From Trichosphaerium sp. ATCC 40318 (lineage: Eukaryota > Protista > Tubulinea), in assembly GCA_038496445.1 (NCBI GenBank), contig JALMLS010000598.1, positions 1 to 64,000 on the forward strand: DNA of 64,000 nucleotides. The letters are read 5' to 3'. Shown here in pieces: positions 37,427-50,461 of this stretch; positions within the stretch are counted from its first letter, which is position 1, and every line of letters starts with the position of its first letter. Made by a program: the position numbers and the translations under genes. Under the pieces are notes generated by a model. It was not told where the DNA came from. It saw only the letters and a program-made list of their open reading frames with translations, and searched no databases.

Positions 37427-40400
37427 ATGGCGTGCACTAGCTCCGCGAAGTATATACTATGGCTCTTTCTGATACTCTTGAGCGTTTACAGCTGCTATTA
37501 CACTTATTCAAACTTTAAAGAAGCATTTCCGTTTTTAAGCGTCGATATAAGCGTAGACAGTTCCGAATGCCTTAAAAAAGCACTCTCAGTACATATCACA
37601 GCGTATCCATCCAAAAAGCTATCTAAAACACGTGTAGATTGCTCAAGAACACAATTTTTTAGTAAAGTATGATAATGATGCGTTTACAGCTTCAGCTGCA
37701 TTCCAACAAGTACGAGATTGCTCTGACTACAAGAACACAATAAATACAACAGTAAATATCCGTTAACGGTTACTCAGGAGAGCGAAGCGCTGCTGTACAT
37801 TGAGCGAGAGACAGGAAGAGAAAACTTAAAAAAAGTTATTTCAGAAAAAGTCTTTTTTCCGTACTACTGGGAAGTCCGGTAGGCATTTCTATTGCCTGAA
37901 TGTAACTAAAGTATGTTCTTTAAGGCATTTCGCGGAACAAAATGTCAATGAGTCACGCCTGTACTTTGCTCCAAGTGGAAAACCCTTAGGCTTTTTGGTA
38001 CCAATGAGTATTAATTTTGAATGTAACACTTTGCTATGTTACTAGCTTCAACTCCCAGAATCTTTGGCCTGGAAAAGCGATATAGATATAAACGGAGACA
38101 GTGAGAAACTGAAGCAACAGTCACTGGCGGTTGGTAAGATAGCGTAGTGAACATGAATAACACAAATAATATTGTGGTAGTTTTCAACTTTGCCTTACAT
38201 TCATTAAGGTATGGATCAAGCCTCACAGTATCCTTGGTCAGTAGATTTTGACGAATGGAAGCTAGTAGAAACATCACATGAGATTCTACCTAAATCCCAG
38301 CGTTTGGATGTTACGATGAAGTTCGAACATAAAAACTTCACAATTGGTTCAGATGGCAAACTTCGATTGAGTGTTCGTGTATCTCAAGGAAACAAATTAA
38401 CAGGTTAGCTTACATAAATGATATAAAGACTTGCTTATGAAAGATGTTTAAGGTCTTGTGTATACATTAAAAATACCAGAAGCGTACACGAGACAATACA
38501 AACAAATGAGAGAAAACAATAATGTTCTTGCGTATGTACTTTAAGCTCCCTCTTGTTTCTCGCTTATTCAGTGTTCTCAAGCTTTGTTGCAACAATTTGT
38601 ATGCTGATAGGATACCCTATCATTGGTACCGGTATAGGTAAGTGCTATAGTTTGACTTGAAACCAAAACTCACTGCGAACATAGGAACATTTATGCTTGT
38701 GAGAAAAAAAGAAGCTCGCTGGAGAGGTGCTCTTGTTTATGGCTTCGGTAAGTTTTAAACACTCTGTATTTCCTTATTGTGATTAGCTATATCCATTGCT
38801 TTATTATTGGTGCATGTAAACCAACTACCATTACAGTGGATGAAGTATGACACAGCGCTTCAGAAAAATGTTTATTTAGCAGAATGGGCTACTCAAATTT
38901 TATTCCAAGTTGTACAACAAGGCGCTCTTTGTGTATGTTTGGAGTAACCTTAATCATAAGTAATACTGTATTTCTGTATTTAATATAATGCAGGTACTCA
39001 GTATTCTAGCTGCTGACGGGCTGTCAAGACTAGCATTTCCAAGTCATGTTTCAGTACGTTAAGTTCAAAGCAAAATATTGATGTTGACAGTTTGTTAGCT
39101 TTGGAGGATTGGGCAAACTGATGCGTACAAACTACTTCCTATAGTGGTATTACCGATACTAGGCTTGCCTATTTTCTTTGCTTATGAGATAAAACTTGCT
39201 TTTGTGGTACAGAAATTAGGCTGGTAAGGGATTTTTTTTTTGTGAGTGCTCAAAATAGAACATAGGTTCTTTCCAAGCTCAATGTTAGTCAATCCTAACC
39301 TTGTTGCTCTTCCAATACCATGGCTTCAGGCTATTGTTATGGCGTTTCTAGCTGGGTCATGGGAAGAAATATTATTCAGAGCTGTACCTATTTCAGGGCT
39401 CTTACTCTTGTGGAGAAGATTTGTTGGAAAAAGACTTGAGTTTATTCCTTTTACAATTGCAATGATTATTCAGTCTCTTATATTTAGTGCAGCTCATGCA
39501 AATTACCCTCAAGAACCAGCATATGCTCGACTTGTAGAACTTATATTACCATCGATAGCATTTGGACTATTTTATATCGGATACGGTACCTTGTCTATGG
39601 AACTCTCCTGAAAACCAAACAAATGTCACATTTTTTTCTTGTTTTTTTCTGATGATGTTAAGGCCTCCTTCCTGGTATTCTCTTGCATTTTATTTACGAT
39701 CTTGTATGGATGGGTCTTCCTATACTTATAAGTCCTGGATATGGGTAATGACAGAGTATAGCAACCAACTCAAGTGAACTAATTCGTCCTTCTTCTAGGC
39801 GATATGTTGTTGTATTGTTTTTGTTCTCACCTTTGTTGGTTTTTCCCTTATACCTACAAAACAGTACGTAAAAAAACATGCCATGGGTATGATACTTAAT
39901 TTTTATTCTTCATTTGTAGAAACTCCTGAGAAGTCAAAGAAAGTAGAAAAACAAAAAGGAGAAAAGCAAATGTCACGAGGATTTTCATTTTGCAACCTAA
40001 AGCCAATACATGTTGTTATCCTTATTCTCATTGGTTTGTGCCTATGGCTTTATCCGCTATACATTCAAAACGCACAATATCCCAATATAGTACCAGAACA
40101 TAAAGAAAAAGCTATTGAGGTACTAGGAGACACATAAGCCAGCAGTGATTTAATACTTTTGTAGCTAGCAACAGCTTTTGTGCAAAAATACGACTCAGAT
40201 AATTACACAAAAATTGCTTCAATTGACACTGAAAACTTTTCTACAAGCAAGCACGTATATCTATGGGATTCATCTTCCTCAAGTGATAAGATCAAGCAAT
40301 ATTTATCACGTGTGAAGGAGATATCTCCGCCTCATTGGACTATAAGATTTGCAAAGTTTGATGTTAATGAGCCAAACGTTGTTAAGCGTGCCAAGGTGAA

Positions 40401-41940
40401 CAAGTACTTAAAGTTTAGTTTACTTACATAATCACAGAGTTGGAAATTACACGTGGGTGATGGCAAAGTATTGGGGTTTGTACACAAAATACCAGAGTCA
40501 CAAGAAGATATTTCTCTGAGCGAAAAAGAAGCTGGAATGGTAGCTGTTAAGGAAATTGAACATTTTCTTCCAACAATAGGCAGTATTAAGCAAGTTTCTG
40601 TAAAGCAAAGTAAAAAACCTAATAGAATAGACTGGTCATTTGTATTTAATACAACCAGAGTGTTCAACGATAGTAAAGTTCAACTAAAAGTGGAGGTAAT
40701 ACAAGAAAGTTGTTTGGTGTTTTTTACTAACAAATACTTTCATAAGGTGACTGGTCAGAATGTTACACAGATTGCAAAGTCGTTATATATTCCCCAAGTA
40801 TGGAAGCGCAACCACAAAAATACAAGGTAAGTTGTAGTGCCTGAGATAGTTTAGTAAATCGACAACTAAAGATGTGCTGTAGAGGACAAATATCAGCTTT
40901 TGATAATTTCAAAGTTATTCTGCTTGTGATTGTTAGACTCTTCGCTTTGGTATATGCATTATACCATTGGGCAGATAAACGAGTGTTTAATATTAATGCA
41001 GCAAAATTAGTAGTTATAGTGTCGTTAGTTCACTTGATGCTTGGGTAATCAACAAAGTTCGCTAGAATTTTGCTTTAACATTTTTTCTTAGAACATTCTT
41101 AACTTGGGAGACACTGACCAAAGAATTCAAAACAGAAGAGAGTATGGCAAGTCAAATATATAGACTACTCGGAAAAATAGCTATAAACGGCTTAAGAAGT
41201 ACTATAGAGGTGAATAATCACAAAACTAAATCGCCTCGATTAATATCTCAGTAGGTCGGATTAATTGTACCATTTATCGCTTCCCATTGGAATGCATGTA
41301 TTACCAAACATAGAGCTCTGTTTTCAAAGACATATACCATTATAATAGGAATGAGTATCGCCTTATTCCGTATGGGCATACTAAGCATTGCATACGAAGC
41401 TATTGCAGTAAGTAGTTTTTTTTCCCTATTTTAAAAGAAACTTCATTTTCTGACTCTTCTTAGGGTAATAATTCTCTTCAAAAATCTAAGGCACAATGGC
41501 CTAAAGTATTATACGCTTCTTTATCAAGTTCTGCGCCTACAGTAACATTTATAATGGCGTATACTCAAGCGTTCACATCAAGTTTTTTTTCAAAAGGGCT
41601 TTTCTTTACATTGACACATCTCGCTGGATGTAATTATGGCATTCTTGCAGAGACTTCTATAATAATTATTCACGGTACCCTTGTTTTATTGATTTTATAA
41701 CTACTAACTTCTCATTCCCTAAAAACAGCTTTTGTGTCAACCTTTGGACCTTCAATTCTCACCAACATGCAAATCTGCTTCGTTTTATTTATCTTGAACT
41801 TCATGGAATACAAGCTCTTTTTCTCGATTCCAAATAACTTTACTGGACTCTCTTCATATGTATCAATGACGACAATACTCCTTGTACGTATAACAGTAGA
41901 CAACACTTCAAAATCTAACACTGCATTCACAGGCAATTGA
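37427..41940 (+). CDS. Large polytopic membrane protein with a CPBP (CAAX/Abi) glutamic intramembrane protease domain between two duplicated extracytoplasmic modules; intron-rich
   Basis: Motifs AGSWEEILFRAVP, IFSAAHANYPQEPAYARLVELI and GLLPGILLHFIYDLVW. Module 1 (PYYWEVR..GKPLGF..PES..RLD..KIPE) is repeated as module 2 (PPHWTIRF..GKVLGFVHKIPES..RID..YIPQ). Confidence 0.85.
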
Positions 41941-42363
41941 AGAACTATGGAAGACAGAGCTTCAACAAAACTCAATTATACGATTAGCCTTCTTATGTGT
42001 ACCACTGATTATTATGGCTTATTTATACAATATAATATTCAAAATCAAAAGTCCCAAGCGAAAGGAAAAAGAACATTAAAGACGTTTGTAAATAAAAAGA
42101 AGAAATGGATAATCAAGAGAATCAAAGCTTCGATAATTAAGATGTTGTACACTTAAGTTAACTATGCCTTTGTCTTCCTGAGTAAGTGATGCAACACCAG
42201 TATGAATACAGTTGTTCATTCTTTTGACGTTTTAATACGTGTTCAATCATGGAACAGTTGTAAACCATCGAAATTGTAAACACGTGATTTTCTAGTGGAA
42301 AAAAAAAACACGTTTTAGGCTTATCATTTTTTATTGGGGTTTTCAATGTTGAAAAGTATATAA

Positions 42364-45300
42364 TTACAAAGCAAGGTAATGTGTGTTCCTCCTATTACGT
42401 TTTCTAATATATGGAAGTCCTACAATTGCTACAAGTAACAAAACAAGACCAACAATTGCACATGAAACAACAAGAGCAATAATGATCTCTGACTTTGATT
42501 CATGCGGATCCATATCGTCATTGCTTCCACCTCCACCTCCACCATTCGTTTTTGAGTTAGTTCTTGTTGCAACCCTAAGTTTATAAGAACATAAAGAATA
42601 AAGACTGATTTAAGCTCTTGAAATAACGATCGTTATTCGGAAAAATATGAGAAAAAAAAGTTGTGTTTGGTAGCCTTCCTTGAGTTAAGTGGAAATAGAT
42701 TATTGGTAAACTTAAAAATATAGTGAATAGTAATTCAAAGCGAGAATTTAGTACTTTCAAAAGGTAAATATGATTTGAGGATGTGCTTTGTTTGTTTTTT
42801 TTCTGAAAACAATTCTATTATAATTTTCTTTGTTGTTGGTACCAGTAGTATGTATTGGTTCTAGAGTTTCCGCCATCCCACGAAGTAAGTTGTTGTACTT
42901 CATTCCAAGCCTTAATATTGTTAAAAGAATTAACACGTAGGCACGTTTAACGTACTTGAGGTTTATTTATGATTGCTAAAAATGATAGAATAAACGCTTT
43001 CCATTCTTGGTTTGGGTTCTAGATATTATTACATTAACGCACGTGTTAAAGAAAAAAAAGTTTGTACCGTGGTCTTGAGATACTCATAAGATTCACTGAC
43101 CCAGTCAGTGTCATCAAGAAATAGTTCAGTGGCAGGCGTAAAAGGAAGCATCTATTTTGAAGAAAAAGTTAATGAAAAAAAAAAGTACCAAAGGCGACTG
43201 TTAGTACTTGTATTCCATAAATGTATTCAAGATTTGCTCCGAACCAAGTAACATAATCTACTTTACTTGACCATAGAATACCAATAACAGATTTCCCAGT
43301 GTTGAAACCAGGTGGATAAATATCAGACTTGCTACCAATGTGCCAATACTTTTTAGTGCCACTAATTGTATAAAGTGAGTAACAGCGCTACTGAAAGCCA
43401 ACCAAAGACTGTCTGTACTTACCGAATTTCTGTGGCCATCAACATTCTTCCAAGATTCTTCATTTCGTCATTACCCAACACTTCACCAAGTAACGCCAAT
43501 CCATACCTTTAGTACATTAGCAACCTTGAATAAAACTGCGAGTGAAGGAAGTACCATCCGTTTATGGCTTCTGAAGTACTTTCTTGGTTCTTCGCATCAC
43601 CAAACACTATTATACCGCTGTTCTCGTATTAGAGATATAGAACGTGTAATGTTGTCAAGGTACCTTGCCCACGAATGACCATTATACCAGTCCATATGAC
43701 GAAGCTTTGTAAAGTAGGTATCTTGAGTTGAAGGATTGGCTAGGTAGAAAACAAAAGTGAGATTCAAAGTATCTTGCTGAGTGTCATTATGAGTACCTAT
43801 ATCTCTCGCCAAGTCCAATACAGCATCTTTGTGTTGGTTTATAAACGATATGTCATATTTACCAATCACTGCAAGAGCATAGAGGAAATATCCATAGTGG
43901 AAATCTATCAAGCACAATAAGTGGGTGTAATGCTATTTTATCTGCCTTACGATGATCGTTGTAGTAGCCCTGTCCAAAATCTTGCCCTTGATTTTCTAAT
44001 CCATTAGTACTAACTACACCACCCCATGTAGAATCATACAACAGCGGGTTAGTGTTATCACCTAACGCAGCGTAAGTATTTCTCGCCGAGCAACTGTTTT
44101 GTTCAGTGAAAGTCTCGACAAACCTTCAAGCCATGGAGTTATAATAGTCTTTAAATGATCCAAAAGTGATCCACTTATCTCGCTTTCGCCTAATTGATCA
44201 GCTATAAGTACTAGCCGTGCTTGACGGGAGACTTTCTTTCCAAATCCGTAAGGGTCCTAAAAATAGAAAAAAAATGTTATTACAATCCGTTAGTTTTGGT
44301 TGAATGGAACTGGTTTGCTTTCTTTCGGAGATACGTACGGTTGGAGATATAATTGGGGTTGTGTTGTCTTCAATGAGGGCAGAACGAAGTGTCTCTAGCT
44401 TGTCAGAGTCGATAGGGTTTGTCGACTCCCATCTGAGTTCAGGAAGGCTTTCGACAAGAACCCAGTTTGTTCCAACTCTTCCTGTCATTGTACCCTATTC
44501 ATGTTGATTAGAGGGCGATAGACAATTTAATTTAACACAAAATGATGTATAGGAATGTGCTCAGTTACCTTTAAGGTCCTAATATTTGCGCTTGAAGCAA
44601 AACTTCGAAAGTCAGTTTTCGAAAATAAATCTTGATGATGTGGTAAAGCCATCATCAACAACTGTCCTTGACCTTCAGTTTGCCATGTAATTTCAAGATT
44701 GGCATTATTGCCTTGACCAAATACGATACTACAAAGAAAAACGTAAGTACGAGAAAGTATGAAGATACACGAAATGCGTACTCTGCTGTTCCTCCAACAA
44801 CCAAAGCGTCTCTGTACTTATCAAGTTCTGACTCGCCAATCGCACTGTTTGCCAGGCGTATAACTCCTGTGAATGAGCTATCGAAGTTTATCGATGAAGA
44901 TCCCCACGTTATGGATACGCTCGAAGATGTGTAGAGTATACCAGTTGGACCATCTTCGAGGACAATCACAAATTTATCTCCTTGAAAACAAGTTAGGTTA
45001 GGATTGTTTGAGATGTGTACCTGAGATTTGTCCTGCTGATTGACCGTTGATAGATATTATAACGTGTTCTGATGTTATGGTTGGTTTCATGTTATCTACT
45101 TTGAAAGAAAAGTATGGGCTGCCTAAACAAAAAGCCATGAGGAACAGCTCAGAAAAAAGAAAGTTTGCTTTACTTTTCTACCTGGAACAATTGGAACCTC
45201 AAGCTGATTTGTATTCCATGTCATAGTCACAGACATATCGTCATACTTTGATACACGTCTTAATAACATTAATTACACCCAACAAGCTTAAATAATTTAC

Positions 45301-45942
45301 AGGCTTACCTCACAGGAGATCCCGAAAGTTCTTGAAAAAATACTTCAAAGTCTTCTTCAAAAGGCATCGCAGCATAATTGCTCGCCGAGAAAAGAGACGG
45401 CATACACAATACTACGCCATTGTTCCTCATCCTAAACAATAATTTAACGACAAACAGAAATTTCGTCCCACGTGATTAACCCCTTTAAAATTCTAAAAGG
45501 CAAAAGAACACGTGATATTGAAAAGTTTTTCTGAAGGGGTTGTTGGCACAAGCAAGTTTTCTTTTTTTTTCATGACCATATTGAAATTTGCACTTACTTT
45601 GCCATGTAAGGTAAGGCTGGTATCATTTCTTCACCAATAACACCAGCTCCATTAGCTAGCGCTACGTTTGTCCAAAAGGTATTTGTCGGGTATGGCGTAT
45701 TAAAGTCGCTCAGAATGTCTGTTGGTTGAAGTGGATGCGTAACCTATTTTTTGAGGATAAATTTATTGTTATTTGGCAAAACCTCATCGCCTTGCGCCGG
45801 AAATATCTGGGCGATATTCAAAATGTAAGTAATTAATACGTACAGATGTAAATACTGGTTTCTTTGTTGAAAATGGCTCAAGAGCCATTATTGTTGTTAC
45901 AAGGAAGAAAAGAAAAATCTTCCCTTCAAGCTTCTTGTACAT
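42364..45942 (-). CDS. GH81 endo-beta-1,3-glucanase, copy A: type I membrane protein ending HYLAL*
   Basis: [89 protein letters not shown]. Then a TM segment and a short basic tail. Confidence 0.95.
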
Positions 45943-46418
45943 TTATCTTTGTTGTTAATCAAAAAATGTTGAAAATGTGTAAGACTTAAACGAAAGCGCA
46001 ATTTTGGAGCATCGCAGGTTACAATGTGGTATAAGGTTCCACCGCGCTCCGACAGTGAGTGCGTTAATACGCTTTTGGCGTAGTGGCTAATAATATGCGA
46101 CAACAAAACTAAAGCAAGCGTTTAGAACGCCCCTTGGATAGCATATCTTCCTCACAATTGCTACTTGATTCTCGTTGCTTAAACGACAATCAACAGGTAG
46201 CGGATTACCAACGGAGCGTCTGCTGACGCTTGTTGGCAGTTTACGAGTATATCTCTAAGACGCATAGATATTTGATATCTTAGCATTGGTGAAACACAAT
46301 TCTTCTTTTTTATTTCGGATAAAATTCACGGATCTTCCTTACTTTAAGGGAAGTATGTACATCTTTAAGTACTCACATCTCCTCGGACCGGTTGTTGTAC
46401 ACCGCAGTTCATAATACA

Positions 46419-47528
46419 ATGAATATAATACAACTGCCCATCGAACTTCACTACTATTTGATGGATATGGGTCAAGAAATCTACGAAAAATGGCCTTTAC
46501 TATCCAGAGCTACTGCATCAACAACTAGATTTGATGAGAACCTTAAAAAGCATGGCAAGTGGGTAAAACGTAAAAAGGGTCGGTTAATAGGCGTCCAAAG
46601 GTTCAATCATGGTAGTAGAGAAGGAGAATACATCGAATGGAACAGAAGAGGACAGATAAGAAAACAATGTTTTTACAAAAACAACAAAAAAGAAGGGAGA
46701 TACAAACAATGGAATAAAAAAGGTCAGCGCCATAGTTTTTGCATTTATAAAGATGGTAAGAAGGAGGGCGACTATAAACAATGGAGAAATGGCGTACTAC
46801 TGTTTGTTAAAACATACAATTATGATAAGATTCAAAGAATAACATTTTATTACAAAAACGGTCAGATTTGGCATCAAACACACTTCAAGAATGGTTTACG
46901 TCATGGTACTTATAGCATGTGGCACAGTAATGGTTGCTCGATTGCAGAATGTAACTACCATGAAGGTAAGATAGAAGGAAAATACAAGAGAATGTACAAC
47001 AATGGAAAAAGGTATGTTGCAGTTTATAAACATGGATTAAAACATGGAAAGTATAAGGCCTGGTATAGACATGGAAAAAAGAAGTATGAATACAACTATA
47101 AACACGGCATGAAAGATGGAGAGTGTAAAAAGTGGAGAGCAAATGGATATATATACATGTGGGCTGTGTTTCGGAAAGGCAAACTACATGGAGAATTTAA
47201 TCTTTATCATGGACATAGTTATGCTACACATGTACAGTGCTACTACAAAGATGGTAACCGCGATGGCCCTTACAAAAGGCGTGATATAAAAGGTCGATTG
47301 CTATGTGAAGGTATAATGAAGGAAGGAAAGCGTGAAGGAAGATGGAAGACTTGGTATCATGAAGACAAAATTCGTAAGACTGATTGCTTCTATGTTTCAG
47401 GACAGTTACATGGTACTTGCTTGAAATATGTGAGTGGTAAATTAATAGAAGAGCTTGTCTACAGCCGTGGGGAAATTATCAAAAGAATAGATGTCAAAAA
47501 TCCGCCTTCACCGTTTGATACCTTTTAA
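46419..47528 (+). CDS. Intronless protein with an N-terminal F-box-like motif and ~12 MORN-variant (YwqK-like) repeats
   Basis: MNIIQLPIELHYYLMD, then repeats of YKNGKKEGxYKxW..NG. Confidence 0.85.
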   Translation: MNIIQLPIELHYYLMDMGQEIYEKWPLLSRATASTTRFDENLKKHGKWVKRKKGRLIGVQRFNHGSREGEYIEWNRRGQIRKQCFYKNNKKEGRYKQWNKKGQRHSFCIYKDGKKEGDYKQWRNGVLLFVKTYNYDKIQRITFYYKNGQIWHQTHFKNGLRHGTYSMWHSNGCSIAECNYHEGKIEGKYKRMYNNGKRYVAVYKHGLKHGKYKAWYRHGKKKYEYNYKHGMKDGECKKWRANGYIYMWAVFRKGKLHGEFNLYHGHSYATHVQCYYKDGNRDGPYKRRDIKGRLLCEGIMKEGKREGRWKTWYHEDKIRKTDCFYVSGQLHGTCLKYVSGKLIEELVYSRGEIIKRIDVKNPPSPFDTF

Positions 47529-47989
47529 CAACTTTGCAATAAATAAAAAAATTAGTTAATGAACCAACAATGCTTCGTCCATTACTACTGACAACTGTCA
47601 CAACCAACAAACGTCACACTGACCATATGTCTAAAAAAAAAAGGTTAAATATTTTGAGTTAAAAGTGCTACAAGTTAACAGTCACGTTCTGTTGTGTAAT
47701 TTTCTTATTCTTATTCTTTTTTTTCTTTCTGCGTTTTTGGTTGCAAGCGACAGATTACAAAGTGTGGGTTTGTTGTAACAAATTTACGTAAATTTTCAAT
47801 GCCTAAATCAATCAATGTTCCTTTGGACGATCCAACTAGTAATGCTTTACCATCACAAGGCAACATGGCATCTTTACAATTCTATCCTCAACTTTCAATC
47901 AATTCAATCATTATCCATCTTACTTGACTGATTGAGCTTCTTATAGTCAATCACAAGAGAGCACAGTGCAATTGACAGATGCAGCAAAA

Positions 47990-48345
47990 TAATCACGATT
48001 GTAAAAGGTGAAACGAGAGTGGTATCCAAACTTGCGTGCCTTCCAAGTGGTCTATTGAAACTGACATTGAAAATTGTGTTATCGCAAAAGTAAGTCATAC
48101 TATGAAGAACATTGTACTCTTAGGGTTCTGGAATTCCAGACCTTTTATTCTGGTCAACGTTACTGAATTCTGGTAGAAGCTTGGGCGAGTAATACTCCAG
48201 CTGCTCAATAGTTTGGATTTCGACTAATGCAATAGAAACAGTTTTCGCTTTGCTGGCGTTAAAATCAACTCTGGTGCCACTGAGGCGCTAAGACATAACG
48301 AAGACGAGCAGCTGCAGCTCTATTGGAGCTTTTCAGTATAACTAC
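47990..48345 (-). pseudogene. Possible decayed F-box + FNIP-like gene
   Basis: KAPIELQLLVFVMS* (F-box start) and IFNVSFNRPLG (FNIP-like) in different frames, with stops. Confidence 0.35.
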
Positions 48346-48783
48346 AACGAACGACGCGAAAATAGGCTAGCGGACCCTTTTCTTTGATGAAACGTGAGTT
48401 TGTCATCTTTCTCTTTGTTTAATGCAATAAAATAGGATAGTCTTCGTACTGGCAAAGCCAGTTTTCTAAAAGAGAGTCAGGTTTTGTTTTAACACAAAGT
48501 AAAGCCACTGGATCTTTTTGTTAGGTTATTTTTACATCACGTGGCACCAAGCGATTTTTACATGATGGTTAAATGCTTAGTGAAATTTATGTTATGTACT
48601 TTGTATTTGGCGAACTGCACAAGTCAAATAATCAGTTGTCCACTTGTTGAAATAGTAACCTAACTTAATCACTCGAAAAAGTGTAACAAACCCAACTTAC
48701 TTGTGATCGCTACGATGAAGCAATAAAAAAAAACAAGGCAATTTGTGATATGAGTTTAAATACATTTGTACATATTTGTTATT

Positions 48784-50461
48784 TTACATTCTTACATTAT
48801 ATAACATTGTTTGGTGATGCATGGCATCATTCCTATAGAATGGAGCTGTATTATACATAATCTCGTCAACTGATCTTGCATCAGTCGCACAAGAAGCAAC
48901 ACCATATGAAGGTGATGTTTGACCATTTGAAGAAGGATAAAAAGCTTGTGCTGTTGCGCTCAGGCTCTTTGACGGACTTTTAGAAAAGTTGTTACCGCCG
49001 CTTGGCCTTTTTCCTTCTCCTCCATAAAAATTGTTTGTTTGGCTTTTAGGAGGCGTCCAAACGCCGTAGGTGGAGTAAGGCTTATGTACAATTGTCTTAG
49101 CTTTTGTTTTCATAGGAGCAGACTTCTTAGACGCGCTTGTAGCGAAAGGCTTCTGGTATAGCGTGTGTATGTGGTGTTTGTGCTCTCCACTGGTGTATTT
49201 AACGCTTACACATCCAGGGTCAATCCATAGTACAAAATTGTCTTCGCCCTGTTGATATAAACGTAAGTACATGTCTTTGGTTGAAGAAAGAAGAAAAAAA
49301 CTTTACTAAGCGGTTTTTTTTGTAAAACTATTTTTTCTGTTGTTGTGACAAAAGGAATTTAATAGTAAACGCTTTGTAACTATAATAAATATAGTATTCT
49401 ACGCGTTATAACTACTGATAACAAATTATTTTTGTCACAAAGCCAGAAAAACTTCCAAACAAAAACAAAAAAAAAAAAACCGTTTCGCGATTTATACGCA
49501 TACGGGCACTTTCAAAAAGTTATAAAATAGTGTAACGTATGTTTTAGCGTTAACTAAAGAAAAGTATCTTTTTTTGGGATACAATCGCAGTAAAATAATT
49601 TTTGGCTTTCTGATATTCTGGTTGTGTAGTAATACGTGTTATTTTTGTGCGTAAAACGTGTAGAGTTTTTTTTTAACTGGTGCAGTTTATAAGGAGAAAA
49701 ATAATGATGATAGCGTAATACCTTTTTTTTTAATTTTAGAAGCTATCCGAAAAAAACAGTTCAAAAGGAGTTTTAAGGGTTTTAATAGCTTTTTTTGATA
49801 TAAGCGTTAGTGGACGTACCAGTTTATGAGTGAGGCCGTTAGGTATACGTGCTTGTTCAGCTGCATCGCGCAAAACTTTATCAATCTTGTCGCCGTTGTA
49901 CATGATTGATCTAGATAGATTATTAATGATCGTTTATTTGATAGAAAACGATTTTTAAACAGTTTTTTTGTGTTGATTGAAAAAAACAAAAAGAGTGAAC
50001 TGACGGAGTAAAAAAGTTGCTTGTTTTGAGTTTAGTTAGTGAAATAGCTGTATTAAAAAGGTTTCGGGGTAATCCAACTCAATGCTTTTAAAAAGCTAAA
50101 AGTTTGAAAATTCCTTTTCTGCGAGAGTAAATACGGCTGTGGATTTAGGGTCGTTTATGTTTTAATAGTAAATTTAAGCGAAATAGGTGAATAGTTCAAC
50201 ACAAAAAAGTGATCATTATGTAAACAGAATTCATGGTACGAACCTGTAACCGTTGCCTTTAGAAGGGTTCATAGGGTACCAGTGGCCCTCAAATCTGTTG
50301 GTAAGTATCTTTAGTAAGAATGCCCGTAATTCTTTCTGCTCTCGCTCAGATACATCCTCTCTTAGCCGTTTACTCAAGTAATTGAGCGCTGCGTCGAGTT
50401 CATGATACATAGGAGATGTACTGGTCAAAGGAGAAGTGCTGTTCGTTGTTTGGGGTGGCAT
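48784..50461 (-). CDS. BTG/Tob antiproliferative family protein (3 exons, long introns)
   Basis: MYHELDAALNYL..RFEGHWYPMNPSKGNGYRSI..KIDKVL (Box A), FVLWIDPGCVSVK (Box B), and a PAM2-like SLSATAQAFYP. Confidence 0.93.

Noticed and set aside
26246-47528. A contiguous endogenous giant-virus insertion explaining the intronless ankyrin and MORN genes
   Set aside because: No NCLDV hallmark genes (capsid, polB, A32 ATPase). The intronless genes are interspersed singly among intron-rich host genes.
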